Below, piece by piece: positions 11,295-24,795 of a stretch of DNA of 64,000 nt. The translations under genes and the position numbers were made by a program. The notes under the pieces were generated by a model. It had not been told where the DNA came from. It saw only the letters and a list, made by a program, of their open reading frames with translations, and did no database searches. The stretch is from Podarcis bocagei. Taxonomy: Eukaryota. Each line of letters opens with the position of its first letter. Position 1 is the first letter of the stretch. The stretch lies in NCBI GenBank assembly GCA_964188305.1, contig OZ076886.1. One strand, 5' to 3'.

Positions 11295-11906
11295 ACACTT
11301 CAGTTAGGAGTGGGCATTTCTCCTCCGACCTGCTACGACTCTCGGCATCCCACATCATGTGTAGCTGCAGGAGCAAACAAAACCAGTTGCCTAGGACAAT
11401 GTCATAGATGCAGGGCATGGTGGGACTAGCCAGGTTTTTTGTCTTGGGTGAAGCCTCCAGAGGGGCGCCATTGAGGCTCCCAGCCTGTGTTTGTATGTGT
11501 ACACATATGTGCATAGTGGGGTTGCCAAACTGGATTTTGACCCGGATGAATTAAAGCCTAGTTTTGCCCCTGCCCAGGAATACCTTCTGCTACATTCCTA
11601 CCTGCTTAACAGTGGGCGGAAACTCAGGAAGGCAGAATTTGGAAATATACCTGGTCTTCAAAGCATCAAGATGAGAGGGATATAACAGAGGTAAAAAATA
11701 ACTGTGGTTGCCTCTAGACCGTCAGTATTTTGCGATAGGAATTCAAACACATGCTAAAAATTTAGGTTTCTGTAATTAAAGTATATTAAGGGCACTTAGT
11801 CACTACAAATCCAACCCCCCTCCCCTTTTCTTTTCTAAAAAAGAAAAGCAGAGAAATTCACAGAAAAGTGTGGGATGAATGAATTACTAACAGGAAGATG
11901 TATAAC

Positions 11907-12049
11907 CAGTGCTTTTTTCCCCTGGGGGTACTCAAGGGTACGCAGTTTCGACATGCCCCCCCCCCCAATGTGAAAAGTGTGGCACTTACTATAACAACTT
12001 CATGGTGAATACCAACACATTTTTTTCCATGAAGGAAAAAAAAGCACTG
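11907..12049. mobile_element. Short hAT MITE
   Basis: TIRs CAGTGCTTTTTT / AAAAAAGCACTG. Perfect TSD TGTATAAC. Confidence 0.85.
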
Positions 12050-12375
12050 TGTATAACCACCACACAAGCAAATCAGGATGAATGTGCATTATTGTATAAC
12101 ATCCCTGCAAACAAATCAGAATGACTCCTCAATAAGGACTAGACATAGTCTAACCTCGGTTTTGACCATTGTGCAATAGGCGTAGAATAGGAATAGACAT
12201 AGGCATTGAATTGTAGAGTTGGAAGGGACCACGTGGGTCGTCTAGTCCAACCCCCTGCAATGCAGGTATCTTTCCCCCAGTGTTGGGCTCTAACCAGTGC
12301 CAGATTTACGTATAAGCTAAACAAGCTATAGCTTAGGGCTCACACTGCTCACACTGCGACTTTCAGCCTCTAACT

Positions 12376-12623
12376 CATGGGTAGGCAAACTAAGGCCCAG
12401 GGGCCGGATCCGGCCCAATCACCTTCTCAATCCGGCCCTCGGACGGTCTGGGAATCAGTATGTTTTTACATGAGTAGAATGTGTGCTTTTATTTAAAATG
12501 CATCTCTGGGTTATTTGTGGGGCACAGGAATTCGTTCTTCTTTTTTCAAAATATAGTCCGGCCCCCCACAAGGTCTGAGGGACAGTGGACCGGCCCCCTG
12601 CTGAAAAAGTTTGCTGACCCTTG
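12376..12623 (+). mobile_element. hAT (Charlie-like) non-autonomous element, same family as 19216-19464
   Basis: GGGTAGGCAAACTAAGGCCC...GGCCGGATCCGGCCC...AAAGTTTGCTGACCC. Directly preceded (12295-12347) by the terminus of the family at 19094-19659. Confidence 0.8.
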
Positions 12624-12970
12624 CTAACCCCTGGAAGGCGCTCCTTCTGATCACGCCCCCTTGATCGCTCAAGCCCCCTGCTTCTAACACCTCCCAGCTC
12701 GTCCCTTCTGCAGAATGCTCTTCAGTGTCCCACCACCAGGATCTGGGATCTAAGTCATCATCATCTGTGCCTTCCTTGGGGGGGCTTTAGTGTGGGCAGC
12801 CCCCATCCCTCTTCCTCATCCAGCCGGTCCCTGACCGGTTGGTTAGGCTGAAAGTTTGTGAGTGACACTCTCTCACAATTCCAAATATGCCTCTGCCCTG
12901 GGTCTGGTTGGCAACCACAGCTCTAAAACAAAGCTTATAATGGTGTGAGATGTTAACTTGGAAAAGGTTT

Positions 12971-13221
12971 TGTTAAGTTGTGGGTGAACATACTGTATCA
13001 GACAACACAGCGATTCTTCCAAAGCAGCTCTTTATTTGTAAGCTGGAACAGAACTGAACTGAGGAGCTCAGTCAGCCTGCTTATATAGAGCTCCACTAGA
13101 ATGCAACAGTAACCATTTTCTGTAACTAGCCAATCACTGAACGTCACTTTCGATCCTTCATTTGCATAACTATCTACAGTATCCCCCTGCTGGCCCAGGG
13201 TGAAAACTTCAGTACATAACA
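12971..13221 (-). mobile_element. Solo LTR (251 bp)
   Basis: TGTTA...TAACA ends. Perfect 5-bp TSD GGTTT (12966-12970, 13222-13226). TATA then AATAAA in LTR order on the minus strand. Confidence 0.82.
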
Positions 13222-13259
13222 GGTTTCTTTTCTTTTCTTTATAATTTTATTGTTTCATA

Positions 13260-13315
13260 CTTCCTTCCTTCCTTCCTTCCTTCCTTCCTTCCTTCCTTCC
13301 TTCCTTCCTTCCTTC
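13260..13315. repeat. (TTCC)n microsatellite
   Basis: Directly visible. Confidence 0.95.
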
Positions 13316-13316
13316 A

Positions 13317-13772
13317 TTTTTAAAAATTTATTTATTTGGTTTTTCAAATTATAGTTTTACAATCACATATCCAACATACAACATAAACAAGATTCCATAG
13401 AATCTCCTGGACTTCTCCCCTTTGTGGGTCCTATTATTAATCGTTTCCTCCTGCATCTTTTATAATAATCCAAGTCTTTTACAAATCCATTTTATCCAAA
13501 ATTCACCATCAAACTACAAGTGTTATTCCAATCCTACTAAAAAAATTAACTGTTTACAATGGTTTTTAAGATAAATTATAATAAAAAAAATCCCCATTCT
13601 TTATTAACATTTTGGTCTTCCTGATTTCTCATTCTTCCGGTCATTTTTGCCATTTCGGCATAGTCCATCTACTTCATCTGCCATTGTTCTCTGGTCGGGA
13701 CTTTTTCTCCTTTCCAACTCTGGGCCAGTAACATCCGGGCAGCCGTGGTCACATACATAAATAGTCTTTTCT
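13317..13772 (-). mobile_element. L1-clade LINE 3' fragment
   Basis: Minus strand encodes a ...YVTTAARMLLAQSWK...DYAEMAKMTGRMRNQ-type ORF2 terminus followed by an AT-rich 3'UTR. Confidence 0.8.
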
Positions 13773-15152
13773 CGGAGAAGGTTTCTAGTTGTATTGGCAA
13801 TTAAAAGGCATGGCGATAATCTAAGCAGCAGTACACAGAGGGAGTCATGTGTTAAATCTTATGCGGTCCCATTGCCAGAGAAAGTCTGCCTTTAAATGCG
13901 CGTCCACAATGGGTGGCATTGCACATGTTTTTTTTAACTGCGAAAAAAGGGAGATATAAATCAGCTTCTGGTCCCAGGCCAATTATTTGTAAAGGAAATT
14001 ATGTAAAACCAAAAGAACTAGCATAGGGAAGTTCCTCAGAACTGAAGCATTTGGTTTTACACAAACTAGATATGGTGCATCATATGTACCACCCATCCCA
14101 GTCCCCTAAATCAAGGGTGAAGTCCCATCAGCATGGCCAATGCTCAGGGATGATAGGAGTTATCAGTTTAGCCACACCTGCAATGTGAAGCTCTCTGCTA
14201 ACTTTCTGGGCCTTACTTCTAAGCAAAGATGCTTGGGATACAGCTGAATAGAGTTAAGCGATGCTCTTTACAACTGATGGAGATAAACTGTTATGCTAGC
14301 ATCACTACTGATCCAGCCTTAAGAGAGTTGCATAAATATTCCAAGCAAACAGCCCTTGTGGCTTTTGCTTTTTTAGCCAGAAACTCTCATTAGTCTCCCC
14401 CCTCCCCCAAAAAGGCATGTGTTTTAAACCTACTAAGTTGAATATATTTTTTGCAGATCATTTGTAGTTCACTTTTCTTGAGGAAACGAGGTTTTCAGAT
14501 GTATAAAAGCTCCCTGAGGCTTTGCAGAATTCGCTTTCTTTAATCTATTATTTATGTCTGCATGCAGCATGTGTTCCTTTCCACTGATTTAACCCCCTTT
14601 AATTTTTATTTTTTTAAAAAAACCCCTCCTTCCCCAGCTAGTTGGCCTTGTTTGTGAGTGAGTGCGTCTGCAGTGGAAATGTGAATCTATGAGCTACATC
14701 GCTTGATGCCAAGGGGGGGGGGGGACTTAAGAGAGTCAAATGATATTCCCCTCCCCAAGGGAAGTTCAGCAAATCAGCTTCATTTGGAAGAGAAGATGTT
14801 GGTGGCTTATGATTTCGTAAAATTCTTGGCAAATGTGCAGGTATGGGAGCAAAGCATCAGGCGCACAGGCAGTGCTAATTCCAAGCTAGTGTTAGCGGAG
14901 GTTCCCCAGAAGGTCAAACTCAGACTCAGAGCAGACATCCTTCTCAGTTGTCTTTTTTAGGAAGCCAGCTGTTTTTACAGGTGCATCTGGACCTACAGGA
15001 CCAGCCCTACCATAAGGCAGAGTGAGGCAACTGCCCCAGACAGCAAATTCCAGGGACTGTTACTCCTGAGCCCCCCCACCCACTCCACTCTACAAGATCA
15101 CAGAGCTGTATGTGCCACACGCAGTCTATCTGGGGGGATGGGGGCTCTAGTG

Positions 15153-15487
15153 CAGTGGAAGACGGATGGGGGCTCTAGTGCCTCGCAAGACGGAAAACCC
15201 GCTAGACGAAAGAGTTTTCCGTTTTGGAGGTGCTTCGCAAAACGAATTTCCTATGGGCTTGCTTCGCAAGACGAAAATGTCTTGCGAGTTCCTGCGGGGT
15301 TTTTTTCCCTTTTCTCCCCCTTTTTTCCCAAGCCGCTAAGCCGCTTAACAGCTGATCCGCTAAGCCCGCTAAGCCGCTAATAACGCTAAGCCGCTAAGCC
15401 GCTAATGGGCTTGCTTCGCAAGACGAAAAAACCGCAAGACGAAGAGACTTGCGGAACGGATTCTTTTCGTCTTGCGAGGCACCACTG
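15153..15487 (+). mobile_element. Tc1/mariner MITE with a rearranged left end (same family as 41105-41440)
   Basis: GCAAGACG subterminal repeats, internal (AAGCCGCT)n, right end GAGGCACCACTG|TA. Confidence 0.82.
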
Positions 15488-15621
15488 TATTCCTTTTCTG
15501 GTGTTGAAGTAAGATTCACCGGCCGGTCTTTTGTACATGGAATGAGGAGAAGGTGTCATTCTCCTTTGCCTCAGACAGCAAAATATCTTGAACCAGCCTG
15601 TGAACATGCCACAACCCTCCC

Positions 15622-15990
15622 ATTTGTACCCCGCCCATCTGGCTGGGCTTCCCCACCCACTCTGGGCGGCTTCCAACAAAGATTAAAAATACATTAAAAT
15701 GTCACACATTAAAATCTTCCCTGAACAGGGCTGCCTTCAGATGTCTTCTAAATGTCAGGTAGTTGTTTCTCTGTTTGACATCTGATGGGAGGGCATTCCA
15801 CAGGGTGGGTGCCACTACTGAAAAGGCCCTCTGCCTGGTTCCCTGTAGCTTTGCTTCTCGCAGTGAGGGAACCACTAGAAGGCCCTCGGCACTGGACCTC
15901 TGTGTCCAGGCAGAATGATGGGGTGGAGAAGCTCCTTCAGGTATACTGGGCCGAGGCCATTTAGGGCTTTAAAGGTCAACACCAACATTT
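15622..15990 (-). mobile_element. L2-clade LINE 3' fragment
   Basis: Matches 47372-47649. Minus strand contains the QRAFSVVAP...HLKAALFRE motif typical of the L2 ORF2 end. Confidence 0.78.
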
Positions 15991-16019
15991 ATATCTTCTT
16001 CTTCTTCCTCCTCCTCCCA

Positions 16020-16020
16020 A

Positions 16021-16068
<48 letters not shown>
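16020..16068. repeat. (TAT)n microsatellite
   Basis: Directly visible. Confidence 0.95.
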
Positions 16069-16329
16069 CATCCTTCATCCGTAGAACTCATGGCACTTCA
16101 CAGCATAAAATTACAATATAAAACACACAAAATGCATAATAAAAATAAGAACGAAAACAACCCCCCCAACACATTTCAAAGTGCATTGGATGTCATAAGC
16201 GCCCATGGACTAGAATCCACTTCATCAGATTATACATTAATAAATTTGTCAGTCCTTAATGTGCAACAAAGCTACCTCCACCCCAGGAAATCCTTTCTGT
16301 ATGGAGTTTCCTCCTGAGAAAGTTCGAAT

Positions 16330-16484
16330 GGCTAGATAGCTCAGTCGGTTAGAGCGTGGTGCTGATAATGCCAAGGTTGCAGGTTCGATCCCCATATGGG
16401 ACAATTGCATATTCCTGCATTGCAGGGGATTGGACTAGATAATCCTCAGGGTCCCTTCCAACTTTACAATCCGATTGGTCTATG
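16330..16484 (+). mobile_element. tRNA-head, CR1-tail SINE (Squam3-like); degraded relatives near 113-220, 12205-12290 and 28770-28835
   Basis: TAGCTCAGTCGG A-box, GGTTCGATCCC B-box, CR1-type GGTCCCTTCCAAC tail. Confidence 0.75.
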
Positions 16485-17212
16485 ACAGTAAGTACATCCG
16501 AGAAAAGTGTGTGCTTTAAATGTGCTTGAGGGAGTTCAGAGAGAGCTACAACAACCATAGACCCAAGTACCATCATGAAGATGGTTGGTCCTACATACAG
16601 CTGCCCATATCGCATTGACTAGAGCAGGGGCAGCCAACATGACACTCTCCAGATATTGTTAAACTACAAGTCTCATCAGCCCCAGCCAGAATGCCCAATG
16701 GTCAGGGATGGTGCAAGTTGTAGTCCAGAACATCTGAATGCCACCATGTCACCTACCACAGGACTAGAGAGGGATGGAAAGGCGAGAACTCCATCTCTTG
16801 GACCAATGAAGATGCACACACAGAAACTGGGTCAAGAAGGAGCTTGCTATTCTCCCACACAACTGCCCACACCTCATTAGGGAAGCCTCCCTGAATATTT
16901 GAAACTCAAAAGCAAATACTTGGCGTGGTATTCTTTTTTTTCTCCCTTCCTACTTATAAGAAATATTCAGCAATTCCAAGGGGAATGTCCTGCTTAAAGC
17001 AAGAGAAGACTTTATTCTTCTATTAATTAAGATGACTTGAGAGAGTCACATGTAAGAATGCATGAAATCTGGCATGGTTAGTCATCCGAAAGCAATCAAC
17101 TTTTTTAAAAATAAAAGTTTACTATTGGAAGAAGAATACAACCTGATCAGTATGGTATGATTTGAGGGGAAATAATCCCTAAAGAAGCATGAGTGGATTT
17201 AGTTATTTGAAG

Positions 17213-17213
<1 letters not shown>

Positions 17214-17256
<43 letters not shown>
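17214..17256. repeat. (GT)n microsatellite
   Basis: Directly visible. Confidence 0.95.
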
Positions 17257-17258
<2 letters not shown>

Positions 17259-19093
17259 AGCATCCCTAACATTCCTTGTATTTTAATACTGGTTGTATAG
17301 CAAAATTGCAGATTTCTGTGGAAGCTGTAGACCTGCCAGCTGAATAAATGTGCTGTTTCAGCTCAGGTGAAGAGTTATCCCCATACAGGGCAATCTAATA
17401 CATGTCTACTCAGAAGAAACTCAATGGGACTTACCTCCAGGGATAGAAAGATGTAAGGATTGCAGCCTTACTAGCTTAAACTGAGTCAGACCATTGGCTT
17501 AGTGTTGTCCACTCCAGCCTTTGCTATCCTGCTGTTTTGGATTACAGCTCCCATCCTCTTCAGTCATTGGCCATGCCAGCTAGGACCAATGGGAGTTGGA
17601 TTCCAAGATATCTGGAGGCGCCAGGTTAGTATACAGAATATACCGGCTGGTAGTGACTCTCCGGAGCTTCAGACAGGGGTCGTTCTCAGCCCTACTGGTG
17701 ACTGAACCTGAAATGTTTTGCAAGCAAAGCATGCACTTTCCCACTGAGCTAACTTGCCCTTTTGCCAGCTGAGCAAATTTCTGTTTACGAATGTCCGATT
17801 TAGACTAACCTGTCAATGTCCCGTAAGCTTGAAAGTGAGCAGCCAGTTTGGGGTATCTTCTTTTTCTTCTTTTTCTTTTCTTTTTGGTATTGTCTGCCTG
17901 GAATGACAATAGAATCTAGTGAAGAAATTTTGCTTTAAAGTCCTGTTCCCACCCACCCACCTCCCCCTCTCGCAGTCCAGCCTTTGTAGCTAGAAGTTGT
18001 TAAATTCCAGTGGGTGAGCAGATGTACTGACAGCTCCTTTGAGCATTCTTCATTTAGCAGTGCAGATTGCTGGGCTACAGACTGCAGATCAGATGGGATC
18101 TGTGCTGTGGGTCCTACAGGCCGAAATCACCCTTCCGTCCACCATTTGCAAGTTCTGCTCCTCACACTAACTGTGGGTGGCGAAACGTGACCACAACGCA
18201 AAGCGTGCTGGGGCCCTTAGTCAGCAGTTATGATGGATTACATAAACCTGAATGAGTATAACAGTCAAGTAATACACAGTGCCTGGGGTTGAGAAGGGAT
18301 GTTCCACCTATCAGTATGCTGGTTGCTTCTTCTTCTATTCCCCCCCCCCCAGCACACCTGCAGGAGTCCATATTGTGCCTCATTCTCTCAGCCCACCTCT
18401 CCTCCCCTATAAATCTTGCAGTAACCCAGTTTCCTAGCCTCAAAAGCTCCTGCCACCTGCCCCTTACCTGCACTGACTCAGCATATTGGCCAGATCACCT
18501 CATAAATTCACCTGGGCTGTCACAGATCTCACTGTGTTCTCTCTCAGTCTCTGTCTCTCCCTCACACAAACACACTTGCATTCTTTTTATCAGATAAAAG
18601 CATTTAGCTTTCGTTGGGCACTGCTGTTCAAATGGTGTGTGTGATACACGTCCTGTGATGGATTATGTGGTCCCCTCCCCGATATTTTATTCAAGTTGGC
18701 ACCCCGTGGCTAAAATTCAAGCATCGACGCCAGCGATAACCAGCAATTCTCAATTGTATTTAAACAGGTAGGATTTCACCATACAGTTTCCTTTCCCTCA
18801 AGCCCAGCATATGGTCAAATCCCCTTTACCTGGAAGCCACCCATCCACTTAGCCCATTGTGTCATTACATGGTTTGCAGTGCTTCTGAAAACCATCCTTC
18901 CATTTAGGAAAAAGACCGGCCATTTTGAAGAATTTGGCTGACACTAGGCAATCCCTAGTAAAAGTAGTGAGGCTATACATCAGGGGTTGGGAATTTGTGG
19001 CCTTCCAGATGTTGGTGGATTACAACTCCCATCATCCCTTAACCATTGGCCATGTTGGCTGATGCAGATGTGAACTAGAATTCTACTACATCC

Positions 19094-19659
19094 CAGGGCT
19101 GGGTTTAGGTTTGATGAGGCCCTAAGCAACTGAAGGTAATGGGGCCCTTTATATGTCCAGTTGTCCTTTGTCAACAACAAATTGTCACTGTTTTTGTCTA
19201 TAATATATGCTATATCACGGGTAGGCAACCTAAGGCCCAGGGGCCGGATCCGGCCCAATCACCTTCTAAATCTGGCCCGCAGACATTCCGGGAATCAGCG
19301 TGTCTTTACATGAGTAGAATGTGTCCTTTTATTTAAAATGCCTCTCTGGGTTATTTGTGGGGCATAGCAATTCATTCATTTTTTTATTTTTTTCAAAACA
19401 TAGTCCGGCCCCCCACAAGGTCTGAGGGACAGTGGACCCTCCTGGAAAAGTTTTCAGACCCCTGTGCTATATGGTAATTTATGGACCTAATAGGTATCTA
19501 AAGCCATTTGCACATAACAAAATATGTATTTTATCAAAGTAATTGTATTATATTTTGGAAATGTACATCCAGTTTTTCCCCTTTAATTTTTTTGGGGGGC
19601 CCCAAGACAGTGGGGCCCTAAGCTATAGCTTGTTTAGCTTATACGTAAATCCGGCACTG
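19094..19659 (+). mobile_element. hAT non-autonomous element hosting a nested hAT
   Basis: TIRs CAGGGCTGGGTTTA / TAAATCCGGCACTG. Imperfect TSD CTACATCC / CTAC-TCC. Confidence 0.72.
19216..19464 (+). mobile_element. Nested hAT (Charlie-like) element
   Basis: Perfect TSD TGCTATAT (19208-19215, 19465-19472). Same family as 12376-12623. Confidence 0.85.
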
Positions 19660-20487
19660 CTACTCCATAGGAGCACAGGTTCCCCACCCCTGCTGCACAC
19701 AAATGTGCATCTCACTGGCCTGGATCGGGTGTTATCCTATACGAGGGGTTTCTGGTGGCTGTTCTTGTGCCTGACAAGTGCTAGGCGTTTGCACGGAGAG
19801 TTCCACTCTCGCTCTGTCTTCTCTGACTCTCATTCCACCTTCCCAACTGCGCATACAGCTATTGCTGAAATTCGTTTTCATCCCACGCCAGGATTAAATC
19901 CCACACTTGCTCCATCTGTTGTGTGAGATGTGATTCTAATTTCTCACCCTTACATATGTACATCTCTGTGGCAGACTGCTCCTCCCTGCTCCCCATCCAT
20001 GTATGAAACGATTTGGGATGGATTCAAATGACTTGATTCCCCTACCCCTTCTTTCAACATGGCAAACATCGCTGGCCTCAATGCTTGGGATGTCTGAACA
20101 GGTTCCGCCTATGACAGATGATACAAGCATTAAAACCATGCAATGTAAAATTCAGTGCATACGGGGGCAAATAACTGTACAAACCTTCATATAAGGTTGT
20201 GATCGTAAATATACTTGCCTGCGAATAAATTCCAGCAGAGCATTTATTAATGTTCTTACTTCCAAGTAAATGTGTGTAAGAATCAAGCTTCAAGGATTCT
20301 GTTTGGAAGGTGGTCAAAAACAGAGTCAACAATATAGAATATATTAAAGGACCAAAATGCATATATTTAATGAATGTTTTAATTAAACTGAATGTGAACC
20401 TTATTTTACTTACAATATAGGACGCCAAAACCTCTTAAATATCCACGTGGAAACGGGACAACATTTAAGTGCATTGTAAAATATATA

Positions 20488-20842
20488 GGGACGCGGGTGG
20501 CACTGTGGTCTAAACCACTGTCGATCGGAAGATTGGCGGTTCGAATCCCCACAACAGGGTGAGCTCCCATTGCTTGGTCCCAGCTCCTGCCAACCTAGCA
20601 GTTCGAAAGCACGTTAAAGTGCAAGTAGATAAATAGGTACCGCTCCAGCGGGAAGGTAAACGGCATTTCCGTGCGCTGCTCAGGTTTCGCCAGAAGCGGC
20701 TTAGTCATGCTGACCACGTGACCCGGAAAAACTGTCTGTGGACAAACGTCGGCTCCCTCGGTCAGTAAAGCGAGATGAGCACCACAACCCCAGAGTCGTT
20801 CGCAACTGGACTTAACTGTCGGGGTCCTTTATCTTTACCTTT
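20488..20842 (+). mobile_element. Sauria SINE (variant subfamily)
   Basis: GGGACGCGGGTGG head, B-box, ACCTTT tail. TSD TAAA(A/G)TATATA. Confidence 0.9.
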
Positions 20843-21203
20843 TAAAGTATATAATCACAGTTGAGTTGATCCTATTGATTCCCATATTCATCAGTGTTGG
20901 GGGTGTGATGCATTTAGTGGGTAAGATGCCAGTCCACACAAATGGAGGATTTGTGTTGTTATGGGGGGGTGCATGTTCATGTATGCGTGTGCAGTGGAGG
21001 CTGGTCCATTGTGATGAATGGGGCACTGTCCCACCAACCTCAGTCTGCTCTCTTTGCTCCCAACCTGCCTCCTTACCTGGAACCAATCCAGGGGATGGTC
21101 TGCCTCTCAGCTTCCTGCTCCTTAGCCTTAAGCCACATTCACAGCATACATTTAAAGCCCTTTTACAGTTGTGGCTTCTGCCAAAGAATTCTGGGAGCTG
21201 TAG

Positions 21204-21556
21204 GTAAAGGTAAAGGGACCCCTGACCATTAGGTCCAATCGTGGCCGACTCTGGGGTTGCAGTGCTCATCTCTCTTTATTGGCCGAGGGAGCTGGCATAC
21301 AGCTTCCGGTTCATGTGGCCAGCATGACGAAGCCGCTTCTGGCGAAACAGAGCAGCGCACAGAAACGCTGTTTACTTTCCTGCCGGAGTGGTACCTATTT
21401 ATCTACTTGCACTTTGCCGTGCTTTTGAACTGCTAGGTTGGCAGGAGCTGGGACTGAGCAACGGGAGCTCACCCCATCGTGGGGATTCGAACCGCCGACC
21501 TTCTGATCAGAAAGTCCAAGGCTCTGTGGTTTAACCCACAGTGTCACCCGCGTCCC
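21204..21556 (-). mobile_element. Sauria SINE inserted into an older repeat
   Basis: Perfect 15-bp TSD TTCTGGGAGCTGTAG (21189-21203, 21557-21571). Confidence 0.92.
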
Positions 21557-22527
21557 TTCTGGGAGCTGTAGTTTGCTACAAATGCTGAGAATTGTTAGGA
21601 GGCCTTCATTCCGCACAGGGAGCTACAATTCCCAGAGTTCCGTGGGAAGAGGGAACATTAAACCACTCAGGGAACTGTAGGTCTTTGAAGAAACTCTCAA
21701 TCTAAATTGCAACAGAACAGGAGGAAAGAGAGAAACAAGAGTAATGGGAACAGCACATATAATACATAGAAATACGTATAAATATTGCAGTACCAAAGCT
21801 GCAGTCATAAGCATACTTAATAGGGGGTAAATCCCAATGAACTTAATGCAACTTACTTCTGAGTTAAGATTGCACTGATAGGCTTTGTTTTTCATGTGGT
21901 TGTGTACATACATATATGTGTACATGCATGTGCTGTGATATCCATATATGGATCCTATATGGATCCTTCAGTTTGATAGGAAAGATGGAGACATTGCAAA
22001 AGCCCACGCTATGAATCAAATTCACTAACCTAAAAGGATGAGAATTAATTTAACAGATAACTAGGAGTTAGGTCAACTCTCCTCCTCCCTTTTGCACAAG
22101 CTAATCTTCCTTAAAATAATGTCAATGTAAGATGACACTTCTTCATTTGTCTGTGGACACATTTTGGAAACTGGGCCTCACTAGAAAGCCACATTTGTAA
22201 ATAATGGATTAGATTGGTGTGGTGCTTGTTTGGATGATGCACTGAATTATAGATAGCCAAATAAATTCCATAGCCTGCAAAAATGTGCTTTCCTTTGAAT
22301 TGCCAGGCACATTGTGCTTTGCACTCAGTGGTTAATTTCCAAGAACAGGGGCTCAAGCATACCCCATGCGCCTGCACCCTTTTCTCAGATGTGTCTGTCT
22401 GTGGTAATTTTGAGTCAGTTCATATATGCATATTCACCACTTGGCGACTGTGCTATCCAGTGATGACTTAATGTGTGGCTGCACCATCTCAGAACTCACA
22501 CCACAAATAGAACTTCCACATAATCTC

Positions 22528-23091
22528 CAGGCTGGTAATAGATTAAGACTGATGGATACTATTGAGGGCTGAAACCGGGAAAGGGGGGGTGGAATTTGGG
22601 AATCCAAAGGGTTTATAATTACAATATATTTCATTTCGATTTTGTTTGTTATTGGTATGTAAATTGGGAAATCCGTGGAAGGGAATTTTGGTCGACCTTA
22701 AAAAAAATGCTTCAAGAATAGGAACCGATGTATAAGATTGATGTTTAAATTTGGATAATGTAAAGTTGGTTTTTTTTCTTATAAAAAAGGAATTATACTA
22801 AATGAAAATAAGGTTATCAAAATACAAATTTAGAAGTTTAAAAGTCAAATGGTTTTCAGCGGTAATGTTTAAGTTAAAAGAAAAGAAAGGGCAAAAACTA
22901 AATGAAATTAAGGGAGAGGACTTGCTGAATAAATAATTGGAAATTGGAATACAGAAAGGGGAGGTAGGAGGAGATCAGCGAACTAAGGTATAAGAAAATA
23001 AGGGATTGAAATTATACTTGTTTTTTGTCTGTGTTTTGTTTGTGTGTATATATAATCTTTGAAAATCTCAATAAATATCTATTATAAAAAA
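22528..23091 (+). mobile_element. L1-clade LINE 3' end, mostly 3'UTR
   Basis: AATAAA and A tail. Perfect 19-bp TSD AGAACTTCCACATAATCTC (22509-22527, 23092-23110). Confidence 0.8.
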
Positions 23092-24795
23092 AGAACTTCC
23101 ACATAATCTCAGATGCAATGCTTTGCAGCAGAGCCAGTTCACACATACAGATGCCAGCATGAAGCATCCAGTCATCCAGTGCGGAGGGGTATATTGTTAC
23201 AAAAGCCCGGTGCCTGCCCCTCTCTCGGCCAAGCAGTGGCAAGAGTGCATAGGACCACAGGCACACACACACAGGGTCTGTGTCCCTTTGGAGAATGGAT
23301 GATTAATTAATCAAAATCCTAATGTTTATTAATTTTACCTACACCTATAATACCATGCACGCATGAATCAGACCCAAGAGTAGCAAAAAGTGTAGAGTAA
23401 CCCAGGCATTTACATACATGATTAGACTGAGAAGGGAGGAAAAATATGTATAAAGCCTCTCTGACTGTTTACTATTTTGCAGCTGCAGTTCAGTTTTATA
23501 TTGGCAAATTTAGGTTGCACAGTTAAAGTTGGTTTGATGCTCTTGGGCTCTTGCATATCAAGCCTGCTTGCAAAAGAAAAAGAAAACCATGGCATTTTTT
23601 GCGTCAAGAAAAGTGATCGGACAGTACACCAGCATGTGTGAGATAAAAATGATGTTGAGCAATGTTCTATAGCCTCTGTGCAAGCAAATCACAATGAATG
23701 TTCAGTGAACAATGACATAACCTCTGTGCAGGTTCTCTCCTTCTCCCTCCCTCTCTCTCTCATTTTCTCATTGATTGCTTCACATGTTCCAGGAATAAAC
23801 AATAAGTCAACAAATCTAGTGATGTTGAGGGATCATTTAGCACAGGCAATTCTTGTCAAGTCTTAGGCTGGCCCAGCAATAGGAGCCCAGAGTTCATCTT
23901 AACTAAAATGTGTTTCTTCCCTGAGCATCAACAGTAGGGTGCTCCGTAGCCCTCCATGCTCATTGCTCATGGCACATGACAATCTGGATTTATTTTTAAG
24001 CCATCTTCTTTGCCTGGGCAAGGGTCAGTCTGAATGTTCCTTCCCTGAAGCTTATGGCTGAGAACATGTATAACTCTTACATACCTTCCAGCCTTGTGTT
24101 ATTAGATGGCTGGTTGTGGGCATCAGTTCATAATTCCAATTGCGTAATGATGCTGTCTAATTAAGTGCAATTTCAAAAAGAAAACGCTTCCTCAGAGAGT
24201 TTGGCGTAGTTTGCTCAAGGTGGTTTAAACAAAAAAAACTTTGCCCACCAATATGCTTTTTCAAAGCATGCTTAGATTATTGATTATTCCCTCTTCACTG
24301 TGGGCTGCATCTTCTTTTAGTGCTCATGCTGCGGAGAACCTCAAAGGACCACTTGCCGTGCACAGTAGGCCACATTTGTTTCTTTGAAATGTGGTAGGTA
24401 TGACAGGAGACACAGTGAAAATAGTACCCAAATTCACTGACTGTGGTTGTTACTCAGCATTATTGGCCACAAAGTTGTCACATTTACATCCTAGATGTGG
24501 TTCACGCACGCATGCATAATGCTCAACGACTGCAGCATCTTTGAGGCACGACATGTGAGATTGGGAGAGGCTGTGGCTCAGTGGCAGAGCATGCATTTCA
24601 CATAAAGGCAATCCCTACCATCTCCAGTTAAAAGGGTCTCAGAGAGCTGGGCTGGGGAGGACATGTACTTGAGATTTGGAAAACTTCTGATAGCCAAGGG
24701 TTAGATAGACAAGAGATCTAGCTTAGCATAAAGCAGCTTCATCTCTGTTGCTTCCCAGCATGTGCAAGAAAGAAGAAGGCTGTACCCCATGTAGT

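Noticed and set aside
16330-16400. tRNA gene
   Set aside because: A and B boxes continue into a CR1-type tail, so it is a SINE head. The same applies at 3374 and 54658.
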